The notes under the pieces were generated by a model, which was not told the origin of the DNA, searched no databases, and was given only the letters and a program-made list of their open reading frames with translations. The position numbers and the translations under genes were made by a program. This document shows positions 11,548 through 21,848 of a stretch of DNA of 64,000 nucleotides, piece by piece. This stretch comes from an uncultured Holophaga sp. (GTDB taxonomy: Bacteria > Acidobacteriota > Holophagae > Holophagales > Holophagaceae): assembly GCA_963664825.1 (NCBI GenBank), contig OY761614.1, forward strand, positions 1,728,001-1,792,000, given 5' to 3'. How positions within the stretch are numbered: position 1 is the first letter of the stretch; each line of letters starts with the position of its first letter.

Positions 11548-14115
11548 TCATTCTGGGTTCCCCTCTTTTCGCAGGGGCCATTTCTCGAGCATCCAGGGCA
11601 GGAGCCACTGGGTGACCAGGAGGGCGAGGGCCGTGCCGCCGAGGCAGGCCAGCCCCAGGCCGCGCAGACCACGGTAGCCGCTGAAGACCAGGCCGCCGAA
11701 GCCCGCCAGGGTCGTCCCGGCGCAGACCGCGTTCACCCGGGCCACCTTCGCGCTGGCGGCGGGTTCCAGGCGGGCGCGGTGGAGCAGGTTGAGGGCCGTG
11801 TCCACGCTCACGCCCAGGGCGATGGGAATGGCCACTAGGCTCAGGAAGGTGAGGGGCTCTCCCGCCCAACCGAGGATGCCCAGCACGCCGATCTGGCTGG
11901 CGACCAAGGGCACAAGGGCGAAGAGGACGAAGCGTAGGCGGCGCCCGAAGAGAGCCACCACGGCCAGCACGGCGGCCAGAGCCAGCAGCACCACATCCTG
12001 GAGGGCGTCCTTGGCCACGGTCTTGATGGCCCGGAAGAGGGGGCGAGTGCCTACCATCCTTCCGCCCACGGCCTCCACGGCGGCTTCGACTCGGTCCTGG
12101 GAACCTTCCGAAAGGCGCAGGGGCAGCGTGAAGTATTCCTTCTGAGGGGTGGGATCCGCACCGTGTTTCACCCAGCTCGCCAGGCTCCAGCCATGCTTGG
12201 CCTCGGTGTGGGCGGGCTGAGCAAGGATGGCTTGAAGGGCGCGAGGGGCGGCCAGGGGGTTCTCGGCGCTGGCCCGCAGGGCCGAAAGGGGGCGTTCCAG
12301 GGCGACGGGATCGAGGCCCTCCCGGGCTGCAGCGCCCAGGGCCATGCGGTACCACGTCTCAGACCCGAGGACCCTCCGGAGTTCGGGATCGGCCCATTGC
12401 CATTTGGGCATGGGCAGGCCTTCGGCCCTCAGGACATCGGCGATGGCGTTCCAGCGTTTGGCCACATGCTCGGGTTCATCTAGGGGGATCTGGATGGCCA
12501 GGGGCTGGAGCCCGGCACCGAGTACCTTCCCGAGGGTCTCCTGGAGCGCCAGGGCCGGATTGCCCTTCTGGCGGAAGCGGCGCAGGTCCTCCTCCCACTG
12601 GAGGCGGAAGGTTCCCAGGATTCCCAAAGCCAAGAGGCCCAGGGCCACCTGGGCCTTCCAGGCCCGGGCGGGTCTGGGATGGGGGGGGGGGGCGCTGGTG
12701 GGGGCGAAGACGCCCTTGCCGCGATCCAGGGCCAGGAGCAGGGCCGGCAGCACGAGGAAACTGGTGGCCAGGCAGGCCAGCAGGCCCAATCCCGCCGTGA
12801 GTCCCAGATCCCGGAAGCCCGGAAAGGGGGCGGCCACGCAGGCCAGGAAGGCTAGAGAGGTGGCGAGGGTGGCGGCCAGGACGCCGGGGCCCGTGCCCAG
12901 GAGGGCGGCCCGGAGGGAGAGACTCTTGGGGCGGCCGAGCTGCCTTTCGTCCCGGTAGCGGCTGAAGAGCATGATCCCCACGTCATCCCCAATGCCCAGG
13001 AGCACCGCGCCGAAGGCCGCTGCCATCAGGTTCAAATGGCCCAGTATCCAGCCCACGGAGCCCAGCGCCCAGAACATGCCTAGGAGCAGCGGTACCACCA
13101 CGAAACCGTAGCCTGCCAGTGTGCGGAAGCCGATCCAGTAGACCAGGCCGATGAGCAGGAAGGAGAGCGTCAGGCTGAGCAGCACCTCGTGGCCCAGGCG
13201 CTGGGTCTCCCAGAAGGCGACGGCATGGGCGCCCGTGGCTTGGAGGGCGAAGGGCCGATCCTGGCTGGGGGCCAGGGATCGTTCCACGTCCCTCAGGTTA
13301 GCCTTGGGCGGCAAGATCCCCTGGGCGCCTCTTCCCAGCCAGGTGAGCACCCGCGCCGTAGAGGCCGATTCCCCGCTTGGGAAGTCCAGCATCAGGGGCA
13401 CGAGCACGAAGCGCCCATCGGTGGTCTCCAGATACCCGGCGCGCAGCTTCACGGGGAAGGCCTTGGCGCTCTGCCGGGCCCGGGTGACGGCCTCATTTTG
13501 TGGGGGTACTTCGTTGCGGAGGCCCAAGGGGTCCAGCTGGGCAAGGCGGGCCTTCACGGGATCGGGCGATCCCAGCATCCGCGCGGTTTCCTGGAAGCGC
13601 TGCTGGAGCTTCCGCCCATCGGCCAGAGGCGCCAGGCGATTCCCCAGGATGATCGGGGCGAAGCCGTAGAGCTGCTCTGTGACGAGCCTCGTGACGGCGG
13701 GGTCCCCGTCGAAGAAACTGCCCGCGGCCAGGAGGGCGGGCCAGAGGGATGGCCCCTTGGGACCCGCCACGGGCACGGGGGGCGAGAGGCGGCCCTCCCC
13801 GCCCATACCATTGTCCGGCACGCCATCCAGATTGATGAGCCGTTCCACCAGTTGCTCGGCCCAGGCCTCCCGGGCTTCCAGGTCGCCCTGTCCACCCTCC
13901 ACCGCAAGCCACAGGAGTTCCTGTTGGCCCACCCCGGCCTCCAGGCTTGCCTTCACGATGGGGTGCTCCATGGGGAGGAGGCTCATCAGATCCAGGCGGC
14001 GCTCCACACGCAACACGCCGGATCCGAGGATGAGGGTGATGACGGCCAGGAGGATCCACAGACCCGCTGGGCGGCGCAAGTGGAGCTGGAGCAGCCCCCG
14101 TAGGAGCCTCTTCAC
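11548..14115 (-). CDS. MMPL/RND-family membrane transporter
   Basis: Two TM bundles with LLGIGDD and ALGVSVD motifs, each preceded by a large extramembrane loop. Confidence 0.8.
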   Translation of the reverse strand: MKRLLRGLLQLHLRRPAGLWILLAVITLILGSGVLRVERRLDLMSLLPMEHPIVKASLEAGVGQQELLWLAVEGGQGDLEAREAWAEQLVERLINLDGVPDNGMGGEGRLSPPVPVAGPKGPSLWPALLAAGSFFDGDPAVTRLVTEQLYGFAPIILGNRLAPLADGRKLQQRFQETARMLGSPDPVKARLAQLDPLGLRNEVPPQNEAVTRARQSAKAFPVKLRAGYLETTDGRFVLVPLMLDFPSGESASTARVLTWLGRGAQGILPPKANLRDVERSLAPSQDRPFALQATGAHAVAFWETQRLGHEVLLSLTLSFLLIGLVYWIGFRTLAGYGFVVVPLLLGMFWALGSVGWILGHLNLMAAAFGAVLLGIGDDVGIMLFSRYRDERQLGRPKSLSLRAALLGTGPGVLAATLATSLAFLACVAAPFPGFRDLGLTAGLGLLACLATSFLVLPALLLALDRGKGVFAPTSAPPPHPRPARAWKAQVALGLLALGILGTFRLQWEEDLRRFRQKGNPALALQETLGKVLGAGLQPLAIQIPLDEPEHVAKRWNAIADVLRAEGLPMPKWQWADPELRRVLGSETWYRMALGAAAREGLDPVALERPLSALRASAENPLAAPRALQAILAQPAHTEAKHGWSLASWVKHGADPTPQKEYFTLPLRLSEGSQDRVEAAVEAVGGRMVGTRPLFRAIKTVAKDALQDVVLLALAAVLAVVALFGRRLRFVLFALVPLVASQIGVLGILGWAGEPLTFLSLVAIPIALGVSVDTALNLLHRARLEPAASAKVARVNAVCAGTTLAGFGGLVFSGYRGLRGLGLACLGGTALALLVTQWLLPWMLEKWPLRKEGNPE

Positions 14116-14118
14116 GCC

Positions 14119-15036
14119 TCACCCATTCAATGCCTCCAGGAGGCGTTCGAGAGTGGGATGCAGGGCCACCCGCCGGGATTGGGCCAGGCGGCGCATGAGG
14201 TTTGGATCCTCCAGCCGGGCCAGTGGATAGCTTTCGGACCCGACGTTCTGAAGGACTTCGGCCCAGCGAGCGGCCGTGAGGATGGTGGGGCGCTGCTCCG
14301 CGTAGCGATGATCCAGAAGCTGCGCCAGGGCCCGCACTACCCGGATATCCGAATCCATGCGATCGAAGTCGTCCAGCACCAGGCAGGGCGCCTTCAGCAG
14401 GGGCTCCATGCGGTCGCGCTCGCTCTGGAAATCACGATTCAAGAAGCTGCGCGTATCGTAATAGACATCCTTCAATTCCTGGCTGAAGGTGCGCACCGAA
14501 ATGAACAGGCCTCCGACGCTCTCCCGGGTGCAGCAGGCCTTCAGGGCTGCGGCAGCCAGACTGCTTCGGCCGCTGCCCGGCGGTCCATCGATCCACCAGA
14601 GATCCACCTGTTCCCGGTCCCGGCGCGCCCAGTTGAAGAGGGTGCGATACCCCTCGGGTTCCAGGGCGGGTTTGATGTCCTTCCAGGCGGAATCCCCCCC
14701 CCGACTCCCGCACTTGTGGAGGATGTGATCGAGCTTGGGGAGCAGTTCCTCGGCCAGGGTGTCCCGGCTGGCTTCGTGTTGCAGCAGCTGCTGGGCCGTT
14801 TCCAGTCCCGCGATGGCCTTCTCGCGAGGGTGCTGGATCTTCCACCACTCCCAGAAGCTCTCGAAGGAAGCCCCCCGGTATCGGGCGGGAATGCCCAGGC
14901 TGGCGCCATCGGCGGCGGTGTCCAGCGTGCACTCGCAGATCCGGGCCGGGACCGAGGGATCCGGGTCCAGCACGATGCCGCGTCCCTGGCAGTGGGGACA
15001 GGATGGACGGCCCTTCACGATGCGCCTCCTGCGCAT
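14119..15036 (-). CDS. DnaC/IstB-like AAA+ ATPase with N-terminal Cys cluster
   Basis: CPHCQGRG...CEC, GIPARYRGASFESF, Walker A-like GPPGSGRS, Walker B LVLDD, LLDHRYAEQRPTILT. Confidence 0.75.
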   Translation of the reverse strand: MRRRRIVKGRPSCPHCQGRGIVLDPDPSVPARICECTLDTAADGASLGIPARYRGASFESFWEWWKIQHPREKAIAGLETAQQLLQHEASRDTLAEELLPKLDHILHKCGSRGGDSAWKDIKPALEPEGYRTLFNWARRDREQVDLWWIDGPPGSGRSSLAAAALKACCTRESVGGLFISVRTFSQELKDVYYDTRSFLNRDFQSERDRMEPLLKAPCLVLDDFDRMDSDIRVVRALAQLLDHRYAEQRPTILTAARWAEVLQNVGSESYPLARLEDPNLMRRLAQSRRVALHPTLERLLEALNG

Positions 15037-15127
15037 CTCCCTGCGGGCTTCACCTGCGGTGAAGTGGCCCTCTGCTTCTGTTTCGGGCTCACGACGAGCA
15101 TTGGCTGCGCCTCGCCCTGTTTCACGT

Positions 15128-15994
15128 TCACTGGTATTCCCCCTTGAGGAACTGCCCCAATAGGATCTGGCGGCGGTCCCGGATCTTGCCGAAGGCCCTT
15201 TCTTCGATCTGGCGCACGCGCTCCCGGCTGATGGGGGGGGCGAAGGTCTGGCCGATCTTCTCGAGGGTCATGGGCTCGCAGCCCTCCAGCCCGAAATGGA
15301 GCCTGAGGATCTTGTGCTCCTTCTCGTTCAGCATGGCGAGGCTCTGCCGGATCTGATCCTGGAAGGCCTCGTTGTCCATGGCCTCCATGGGACTGGGTTC
15401 GATGTTCTGTTCGAGGCTATCCCCCAGCGTGAGGTCTCCGTCGCCCATGCCCTGCTCGGTGGAAACCGTCGAGGTGGTCTGCTGCAGGAGCTGGAGGCGG
15501 TTTACTTCCTCGGTGGTGAACTGAGGGGCGGCCGCGATGATATCGGAGACCATGGGCGGCCGACCCAGGTCCTGGCCCAGTCGGTTGGTGATGCGATTGA
15601 GCTGGACGAGATGACCGGCCACCTTCTGGGGCAGGCGGATCTTGCTGCCGTGCTCGGCCAGCGCGTGGAAGATGGCCTGGCGCACCCACCAGGAGGCGTA
15701 GGTGAGGAACTTGTTCTCGCGCTCGGGATCGAAGCGCTTGGCGGCTTCGATGAGGCCCAGATTGCCTTCGCTGATGAGGTCCAGCAGATCCAGGCCCATG
15801 CCTTGGAACTTACGGGCCTCCTTGACCACGAAGCGGAGATTGCCCTCCACCAGGTAGCGCAGGCCTTCGGGGTTGCCGTCGTTCTGCCACATGCGCCCGT
15901 ACTTGCGTTCCTCCCCCGCGGTCAGCAGCGGCAGATCGCGGATGGAATCGAAGTACTTGTCGAGGCTTCGCTCTTCGAGATGCCTTGGGGGCAC
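15128..15994 (-). CDS. Sigma-70 family RNA polymerase sigma factor lacking region 1.1
   Basis: NLRFVVKEA, DLISEGNLGLIEAAKRFDP, FLTYASWWVRQAI, TLEKIG...SRERVRQIE. Confidence 0.92.
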   Translation of the reverse strand: MPPRHLEERSLDKYFDSIRDLPLLTAGEERKYGRMWQNDGNPEGLRYLVEGNLRFVVKEARKFQGMGLDLLDLISEGNLGLIEAAKRFDPERENKFLTYASWWVRQAIFHALAEHGSKIRLPQKVAGHLVQLNRITNRLGQDLGRPPMVSDIIAAAPQFTTEEVNRLQLLQQTTSTVSTEQGMGDGDLTLGDSLEQNIEPSPMEAMDNEAFQDQIRQSLAMLNEKEHKILRLHFGLEGCEPMTLEKIGQTFAPPISRERVRQIEERAFGKIRDRRQILLGQFLKGEYQ

Positions 15995-16055
15995 GGTTCA
16001 CCTAGGTTGGGGGCTTCAGCATAGCAAAGGGAGCGGGCCTGTCGTGAAGGAGCTG

Positions 16056-16457
16056 TCAACGCTTTCGCAAACCTTGGGGGGTCAGCTTTACGAGTGCGGT
16101 GGGCTTGAGGGGTTTCTCGAAGGAGGGCCGTTCCACCTGGAGGCCAGCGGCCCGGAGCTTCTCCTCATAGCCTTCCATGATCTGGCCCATCTCATCCTGC
16201 ATCTTCTGCATGCGGTCCCGGAGGCTCATCACGACCTCCACCCCCGCCAGGTTCACCCCCAGATCCCGGGTGAGGCTCAGGATGAATTCCAGGCGCTCCA
16301 GGTCTTCTTCGGAATAGAGGCGGGTCTTGCCCTCGGTGCGGCTGGGCAGCAGGAGGCCTTCCCGTTCGTAGAGCCGCAGGGTCTGAGGGTGGATCTGGTA
16401 GCGCAGCGCCACCACGCCAATCATGTAGCATCCGGCCTTGGGATCGCGCCGCATCAC
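16056..16457 (-). CDS. hspR: MerR-family heat-shock repressor HspR
   Basis: IHPQTLRLYEREGLLLPSRTEGKTRLYSEEDLERL...LTRDLGVNLAGV; directly after dnaJ. Confidence 0.88.
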   Translation of the reverse strand: MMRRDPKAGCYMIGVVALRYQIHPQTLRLYEREGLLLPSRTEGKTRLYSEEDLERLEFILSLTRDLGVNLAGVEVVMSLRDRMQKMQDEMGQIMEGYEEKLRAAGLQVERPSFEKPLKPTALVKLTPQGLRKR

Positions 16458-17537
16458 CTACCTCCAGATTCCCTGCCGGATCACGGCATCATTGATCTGG
16501 CCCAGTTCCCGGAGGAGCTCCTTGCTGCGTTCGTCCTGGATCTGGGGTGTGACGACCTGAATTTCCGCGAAGAGATCGCCTCGCTGCTCGGAGCGGGGCA
16601 CGGGCATGCCCTGACCCTTGAGTCTCAGTTTGGACCCGCTCTGGGTGGTGGGCGGAATCTTGATGGTGGTGTGCCCCTCCGGGGTCGGGATCTCCACCTT
16701 GGCTCCCAGGGCCGCTTCCGAGAAGCTGATGGGGAGTTTGACATAGAGATTGGCGCCCCTGCGTTCGAAACGCGGGTCCACCTCCACCTGGATCTGGAGA
16801 TAGAGGTCACCGGGTCCGCCTCCCCGGCGGCCCGCTTCGCCCTTGGCCGAGACCCTCAGTCGTGTGCCATCCTCCACGCCGGGGGGGATCACGACAGTCA
16901 CCGTCTCCCGCTTGGGGTTGCGACCTCTTCCCTGGCATTCCGCGCAGGCCGGAGCCTTCTTGCCCGTGCCCCCGCACTCGTCGCATTCGGTGCGGCTCTT
17001 GAAAAATCCCATGCCCTGGTCGTGGAAACCCCGGCCATGGCAGGCTGGGCAGCTCGATTTGGGCGCGCCCGGCGCCTCGCCGCTGCCTTGACAGGGGCGG
17101 CAGGTCTCCGTGCGCGTCAGATTGATAGGCAGCTTGGTGCCCTTGAAGGCTTCGGCGAAGCCGATGCGCACCACATGCTGGAGGTCTTCTCCGGGCTTGG
17201 GCCCCGCGCGTCTTGCGCGTCCCCGACTGCCGCCGAAACCCTGGAAGATATCCCCGAAGGCCCCGCCCATATCCCCGAAGTCGAAGCTCTGGCCTGAGCC
17301 CATCTGGACCCCTGGGCCGCTGGGATCCCCGAATTGGTCGTAGTTGCGGCGCTTCTCGGGGTCGGCCAGGGTGTCGTTGGCGGCGGAGAGTTCCTTGAAC
17401 TTGGCCTCGGCTTCCTTGTTGCCGGGGTTCAGGTCGGGGTGATACTTCCGCGCCAGCTTCCGGTACGCCTTCTTGATGTCCTCGTCCGAGGCGTTCTTGG
17501 GAACTCCCAGGATTTTGTAATAATCAGGGACGGCCAT
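16458..17537 (-). CDS. dnaJ: Chaperone DnaJ
   Basis: J domain with HPD, G/F region, four CxxCxGxG repeats, C-terminal domain. Confidence 0.95.
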   Translation of the reverse strand: MAVPDYYKILGVPKNASDEDIKKAYRKLARKYHPDLNPGNKEAEAKFKELSAANDTLADPEKRRNYDQFGDPSGPGVQMGSGQSFDFGDMGGAFGDIFQGFGGSRGRARRAGPKPGEDLQHVVRIGFAEAFKGTKLPINLTRTETCRPCQGSGEAPGAPKSSCPACHGRGFHDQGMGFFKSRTECDECGGTGKKAPACAECQGRGRNPKRETVTVVIPPGVEDGTRLRVSAKGEAGRRGGGPGDLYLQIQVEVDPRFERRGANLYVKLPISFSEAALGAKVEIPTPEGHTTIKIPPTTQSGSKLRLKGQGMPVPRSEQRGDLFAEIQVVTPQIQDERSKELLRELGQINDAVIRQGIWR

Positions 17538-17593
17538 GGGGAACCCTATCACGAACCTGAGCCTCGAGAGCTAAGGTTTTATCCGTTCACAAT

Positions 17594-17617
17594 AAGGGCC
17601 GGGCAAGCCCGGCCCTT
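17594..17617 (-). terminator. GC-rich hairpin downstream of dnaK (possible terminator)
   Basis: AAGGGCCGGG-caag-CCCGGCCCTT; weak U tail on minus strand. Confidence 0.5.
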
Positions 17618-17628
17618 TGGGGTGATTC

Positions 17629-19512
<1,884 letters not shown>

Positions 19513-19562
19513 GGGTTCCTTCTTCCTCTCTGAAATCGATGGTCCCTCGACCATCCAAGGCA

Positions 19563-19590
19563 AGTGTAAGGCGTAGGATACAGGGGTCAA
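19563..19590 (-). promoter_or_regulatory. Putative sigma70 promoter of dnaK
   Basis: TTGACC-N16-TACACT on minus strand, about 50 nt upstream of the ATG. Confidence 0.6.
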
Positions 19591-19591
19591 G

Positions 19592-19613
19592 TTAATCTTC
19601 CTAAAAAGACTAA
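19592..19613. promoter_or_regulatory. Imperfect inverted repeat next to the dnaK -35 element (candidate operator)
   Basis: TTAATCTT-cctaaa-AAGACTAA, 7 of 8 positions complementary. Confidence 0.4.
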
Positions 19614-19716
19614 TATTTCCTTCGCTTTAAACACGCATACCCGCCCTGGGTGTTTATGCAAAATCTAGGGGAAGGGAAGTTGTGCCATTCCATGGGAAAA
19701 CTGCTAGCCTCCTTTC

Positions 19717-19905
19717 ATGGTCCTGCGTCCCTGTCCCATCTGTCGGAAACTCGTCCAATGGGAAACCACACCCACTCGCCCCTTCTGTTCGGAGCGCTGC
19801 AAAACCCGGGATCTGGGGGCCTGGAGCGCCGAGGCCTATCGCCTGCCCGAAAAACCCGAAGCCGAAGACGGGGAGGGTTGGAGCGAAGCGGGTGCGGAGG
19901 ACTGA
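19717..19905 (+). CDS. yacG: DNA gyrase inhibitor YacG
   Basis: CPIC...RPFCSERCKTRDLGAW. Confidence 0.9.
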   Translation: MVLRPCPICRKLVQWETTPTRPFCSERCKTRDLGAWSAEAYRLPEKPEAEDGEGWSEAGAED

Positions 19906-19975
19906 AAAGGGGCCCTTCTTCTCTGCGGAGACGGAGGCTGCGCGTGAGGGCAGGGAACGGTGTCAGACTGGGCGG

Positions 19976-20734
19976 GTGAAGCCCTTCTACCGTCTCATCG
20001 CCCGGTCCCGGATCAAGCTGGAGGCCTCTCTGCCGGGATTGCCCCCCTGGGCCAAGCTCCATGGGAAGGCCTGGGCTTGGCTGGATCCGACCCGTCTGAT
20101 CTGCCTGTCGGGCTTGGTCCGGCTGAGTTCCCGGCCACGGCCCTTCTTCACGGAGCTCCACCTCCTGCTGGATCGGGAGGGGGCCATCACCCTCGGAGAT
20201 GTGGTGGACGCCGCCCAGGAACAGACCTTCGGCTTGCTCATCCTGCTCCTGGCGCTGCCGAGCCTCATCCCCGGCCTGAACATCGGCGCGGCGCCCTTGG
20301 GGGGGCTGTTCCTTTTCTGGATCGGCCTCCAGATGGCCGCAGGCCGGTCCAGTCCCGTGCTTCCCCCTCGGTTTCGCCAGCAGGTCATCCACAAGGGGCG
20401 CGTGAAGGAAGGCGTTGCCCGCCTCGAAGGCTATCTGGATCGCCTGGGTTCCAGGAACCGGGTCCATCGCGCTCTCAACCAGCGCTGGATGGGCGTGGTC
20501 GTGGGCTGGACAGCCCTCCTACTGGCCATCCCGGTTCCCCTGCCTTTCGGCAACATCCTGCCGGCCGCCATCCTGGTGCTCTTGGGCGCGGCCCTAGTGG
20601 AGGAACATCCCGCCTGGGGCTGGCTGGGGGCAGGGGCCGCCCTGGGCAACACACTCTATTTTGCCGCCTCCTTCGATCTCATCGTCCTGGCCTGTGCCAA
20701 GGCCTTGGTCGTTCTGAGACACTGGGCGTCCTGA
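19976..20734 (+). CDS. ExoD-family membrane protein (start uncertain)
   Basis: FGLLILLLALPSLIPG...LLAIPVPLPFGNILPA. Confidence 0.75.
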   Translation: MKPFYRLIARSRIKLEASLPGLPPWAKLHGKAWAWLDPTRLICLSGLVRLSSRPRPFFTELHLLLDREGAITLGDVVDAAQEQTFGLLILLLALPSLIPGLNIGAAPLGGLFLFWIGLQMAAGRSSPVLPPRFRQQVIHKGRVKEGVARLEGYLDRLGSRNRVHRALNQRWMGVVVGWTALLLAIPVPLPFGNILPAAILVLLGAALVEEHPAWGWLGAGAALGNTLYFAASFDLIVLACAKALVVLRHWAS

Positions 20735-21537
20735 TGCGCTTCGATGCCCTCACGCTGTTCCCCGAATTCTTCGACACGGCCCGCCTGGGCGTGACGGGCC
20801 GGGCCTTTCGCGAGTTGGGCCACGAGCTGTATACCCATTCGTACCGGCCTTTCGCGGGGAATGCCTCCGGACATGTGGACGATTCCCCCTTTGGCGGCGG
20901 GCCGGGCATGGTGCTGCGTCCCGACGTGCTGCGGGACACCCTGGCCTCCCTTCCCCAGCGGACCCCTCGCCGAGTCATCCACTTCACGCCCGCCGCGCCG
21001 CCCCTCACCCATGCCAAGGTGCTGGATTTGGCCAAGCTCGACCAGGTGATCCTGGTCTGCACCCGCTACGAAGGCCTGGATCAGCGGGCCGTGGAGCTCC
21101 TGGTGGACGAGGAGTTCAGCATCGGAGAGGCCGTGCTATCCGGGGGTGAACTGCCCGCCCTCTTCCTCATCGATGCGGTCTGCCGCTGGCTGCCGGGTGT
21201 GCTCGGCAATGAGGAGAGCGCCGAGCAGGATAGCTTTGCCGCTGGTTTGTTGGACCATCCCCACTACACGCGGCCCGAAGTCTTCGATGGGCTTTCCGTG
21301 CCCGAGATCCTGCGCAGCGGCAATCACGGCCTCATTGCCCACTGGCGTCTGCGGGAGGCCATGGTCCGCACGAAGCGCCTCCGGCCCGATCTCTGGGCGG
21401 CCTTTCTCCGGGACCGGGTCCATGCCCTCTCCCGGCCCGAGCAGTGGTGCGTCTGGCAGGTGGAACATGCCGAGAGCTGGGGCCAGCCTAAGCCCAAGGG
21501 ATGGAAGGGACTTCCGCCTTCGGCGAATTTGACCTAG
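20734..21537 (+). CDS. trmD: tRNA (guanine37-N1)-methyltransferase
   Basis: LTLFPEFF, VDDSPFGGGPGMV, CTRYEGLDQR, EFSIGEAVLSGGE, LLDHPHYTRP. Confidence 0.96.
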   Translation: MRFDALTLFPEFFDTARLGVTGRAFRELGHELYTHSYRPFAGNASGHVDDSPFGGGPGMVLRPDVLRDTLASLPQRTPRRVIHFTPAAPPLTHAKVLDLAKLDQVILVCTRYEGLDQRAVELLVDEEFSIGEAVLSGGELPALFLIDAVCRWLPGVLGNEESAEQDSFAAGLLDHPHYTRPEVFDGLSVPEILRSGNHGLIAHWRLREAMVRTKRLRPDLWAAFLRDRVHALSRPEQWCVWQVEHAESWGQPKPKGWKGLPPSANLT

Positions 21538-21546
21538 GATCTTTCC

Positions 21547-21609
21547 ATGCACGTTTCCCTTCCCACTCCCCGCATCCAGGCCCAGGCCTGGTGGTGGCTT
21601 GTCCCCTAG
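21547..21609 (+). CDS. Trp attenuator leader peptide 1 (MHVSLPTPRIQAQAWWWLVP)
   Basis: AGGA at 21536-21539, ATG at 21547, three consecutive TGG codons at 21589-21597, TAG; terminator follows. Confidence 0.85.
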   Translation: MHVSLPTPRIQAQAWWWLVP

Positions 21610-21646
21610 AGGCGGGCCCAGGGCGCATTTTTATGCAGAGATTCCC

Positions 21647-21679
21647 AGGACCCGCTTTCGGCGGGTCCTTTTCGTTTTT
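21647..21679 (+). terminator. Attenuator terminator 1
   Basis: AGGACCCGC-tttcg-GCGGGTCCT followed by TTTCGTTTTT. Confidence 0.85.
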
Positions 21680-21693
21680 AAGGAACTGAATCC

Positions 21694-21771
21694 ATGAACC
21701 TTCGCAGCACATTCTCCCTCACCCCCTGGTGGCCCTGGCAGGACCCGCCCGGGTGGATTCCGCGCGCCTGA
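21694..21771 (+). CDS. Trp attenuator leader peptide 2 (MNLRSTFSLTPWWPWQDPPGWIPRA)
   Basis: AAGGA RBS at 21680-21684, ATG at 21694, Trp codons at 21727, 21730, 21736 and 21754, TGA. Confidence 0.85.
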   Translation: MNLRSTFSLTPWWPWQDPPGWIPRA

Positions 21772-21791
21772 ATTTTCAGGCACAGCCCAGG

Positions 21792-21825
21792 AAGCCCACC
21801 CTTCGCGGTGGGCTTTTCTTTTTTT
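21792..21825 (+). terminator. Attenuator terminator 2
   Basis: AAGCCCACC-cttcgc-GGTGGGCTT followed by TTCTTTTTTT, just upstream of the trpB RBS. Confidence 0.88.
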
Positions 21826-21848
21826 CCCCTTTTTTATCAGGAGATCCC

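Noticed and set aside
11548..14115. MMPL gene as the exporter of the lipid cluster
   Set aside because: About 28 kb away in a housekeeping context; the cluster's own exporter more likely lies beyond the LolA-like gene, outside the window
19628..19656. TAAACAC-N15-GTGTTTA inverted repeat as a CIRCE element
   Set aside because: Does not match TTAGCACTC-N9-GAGTGCTAA in sequence or spacing; no hrcA in window
19960..20733. Apparent 525-aa trmD with long N-terminal extension
   Set aside because: The extension overlaps the ExoD-family gene in another frame; TrmD homology starts at ATG 20734
21729..21848. N-terminal extension of trpB in the ORF track
   Set aside because: It runs through leader 2 and terminator 2; the real start is ATG 21849 after AGGAG
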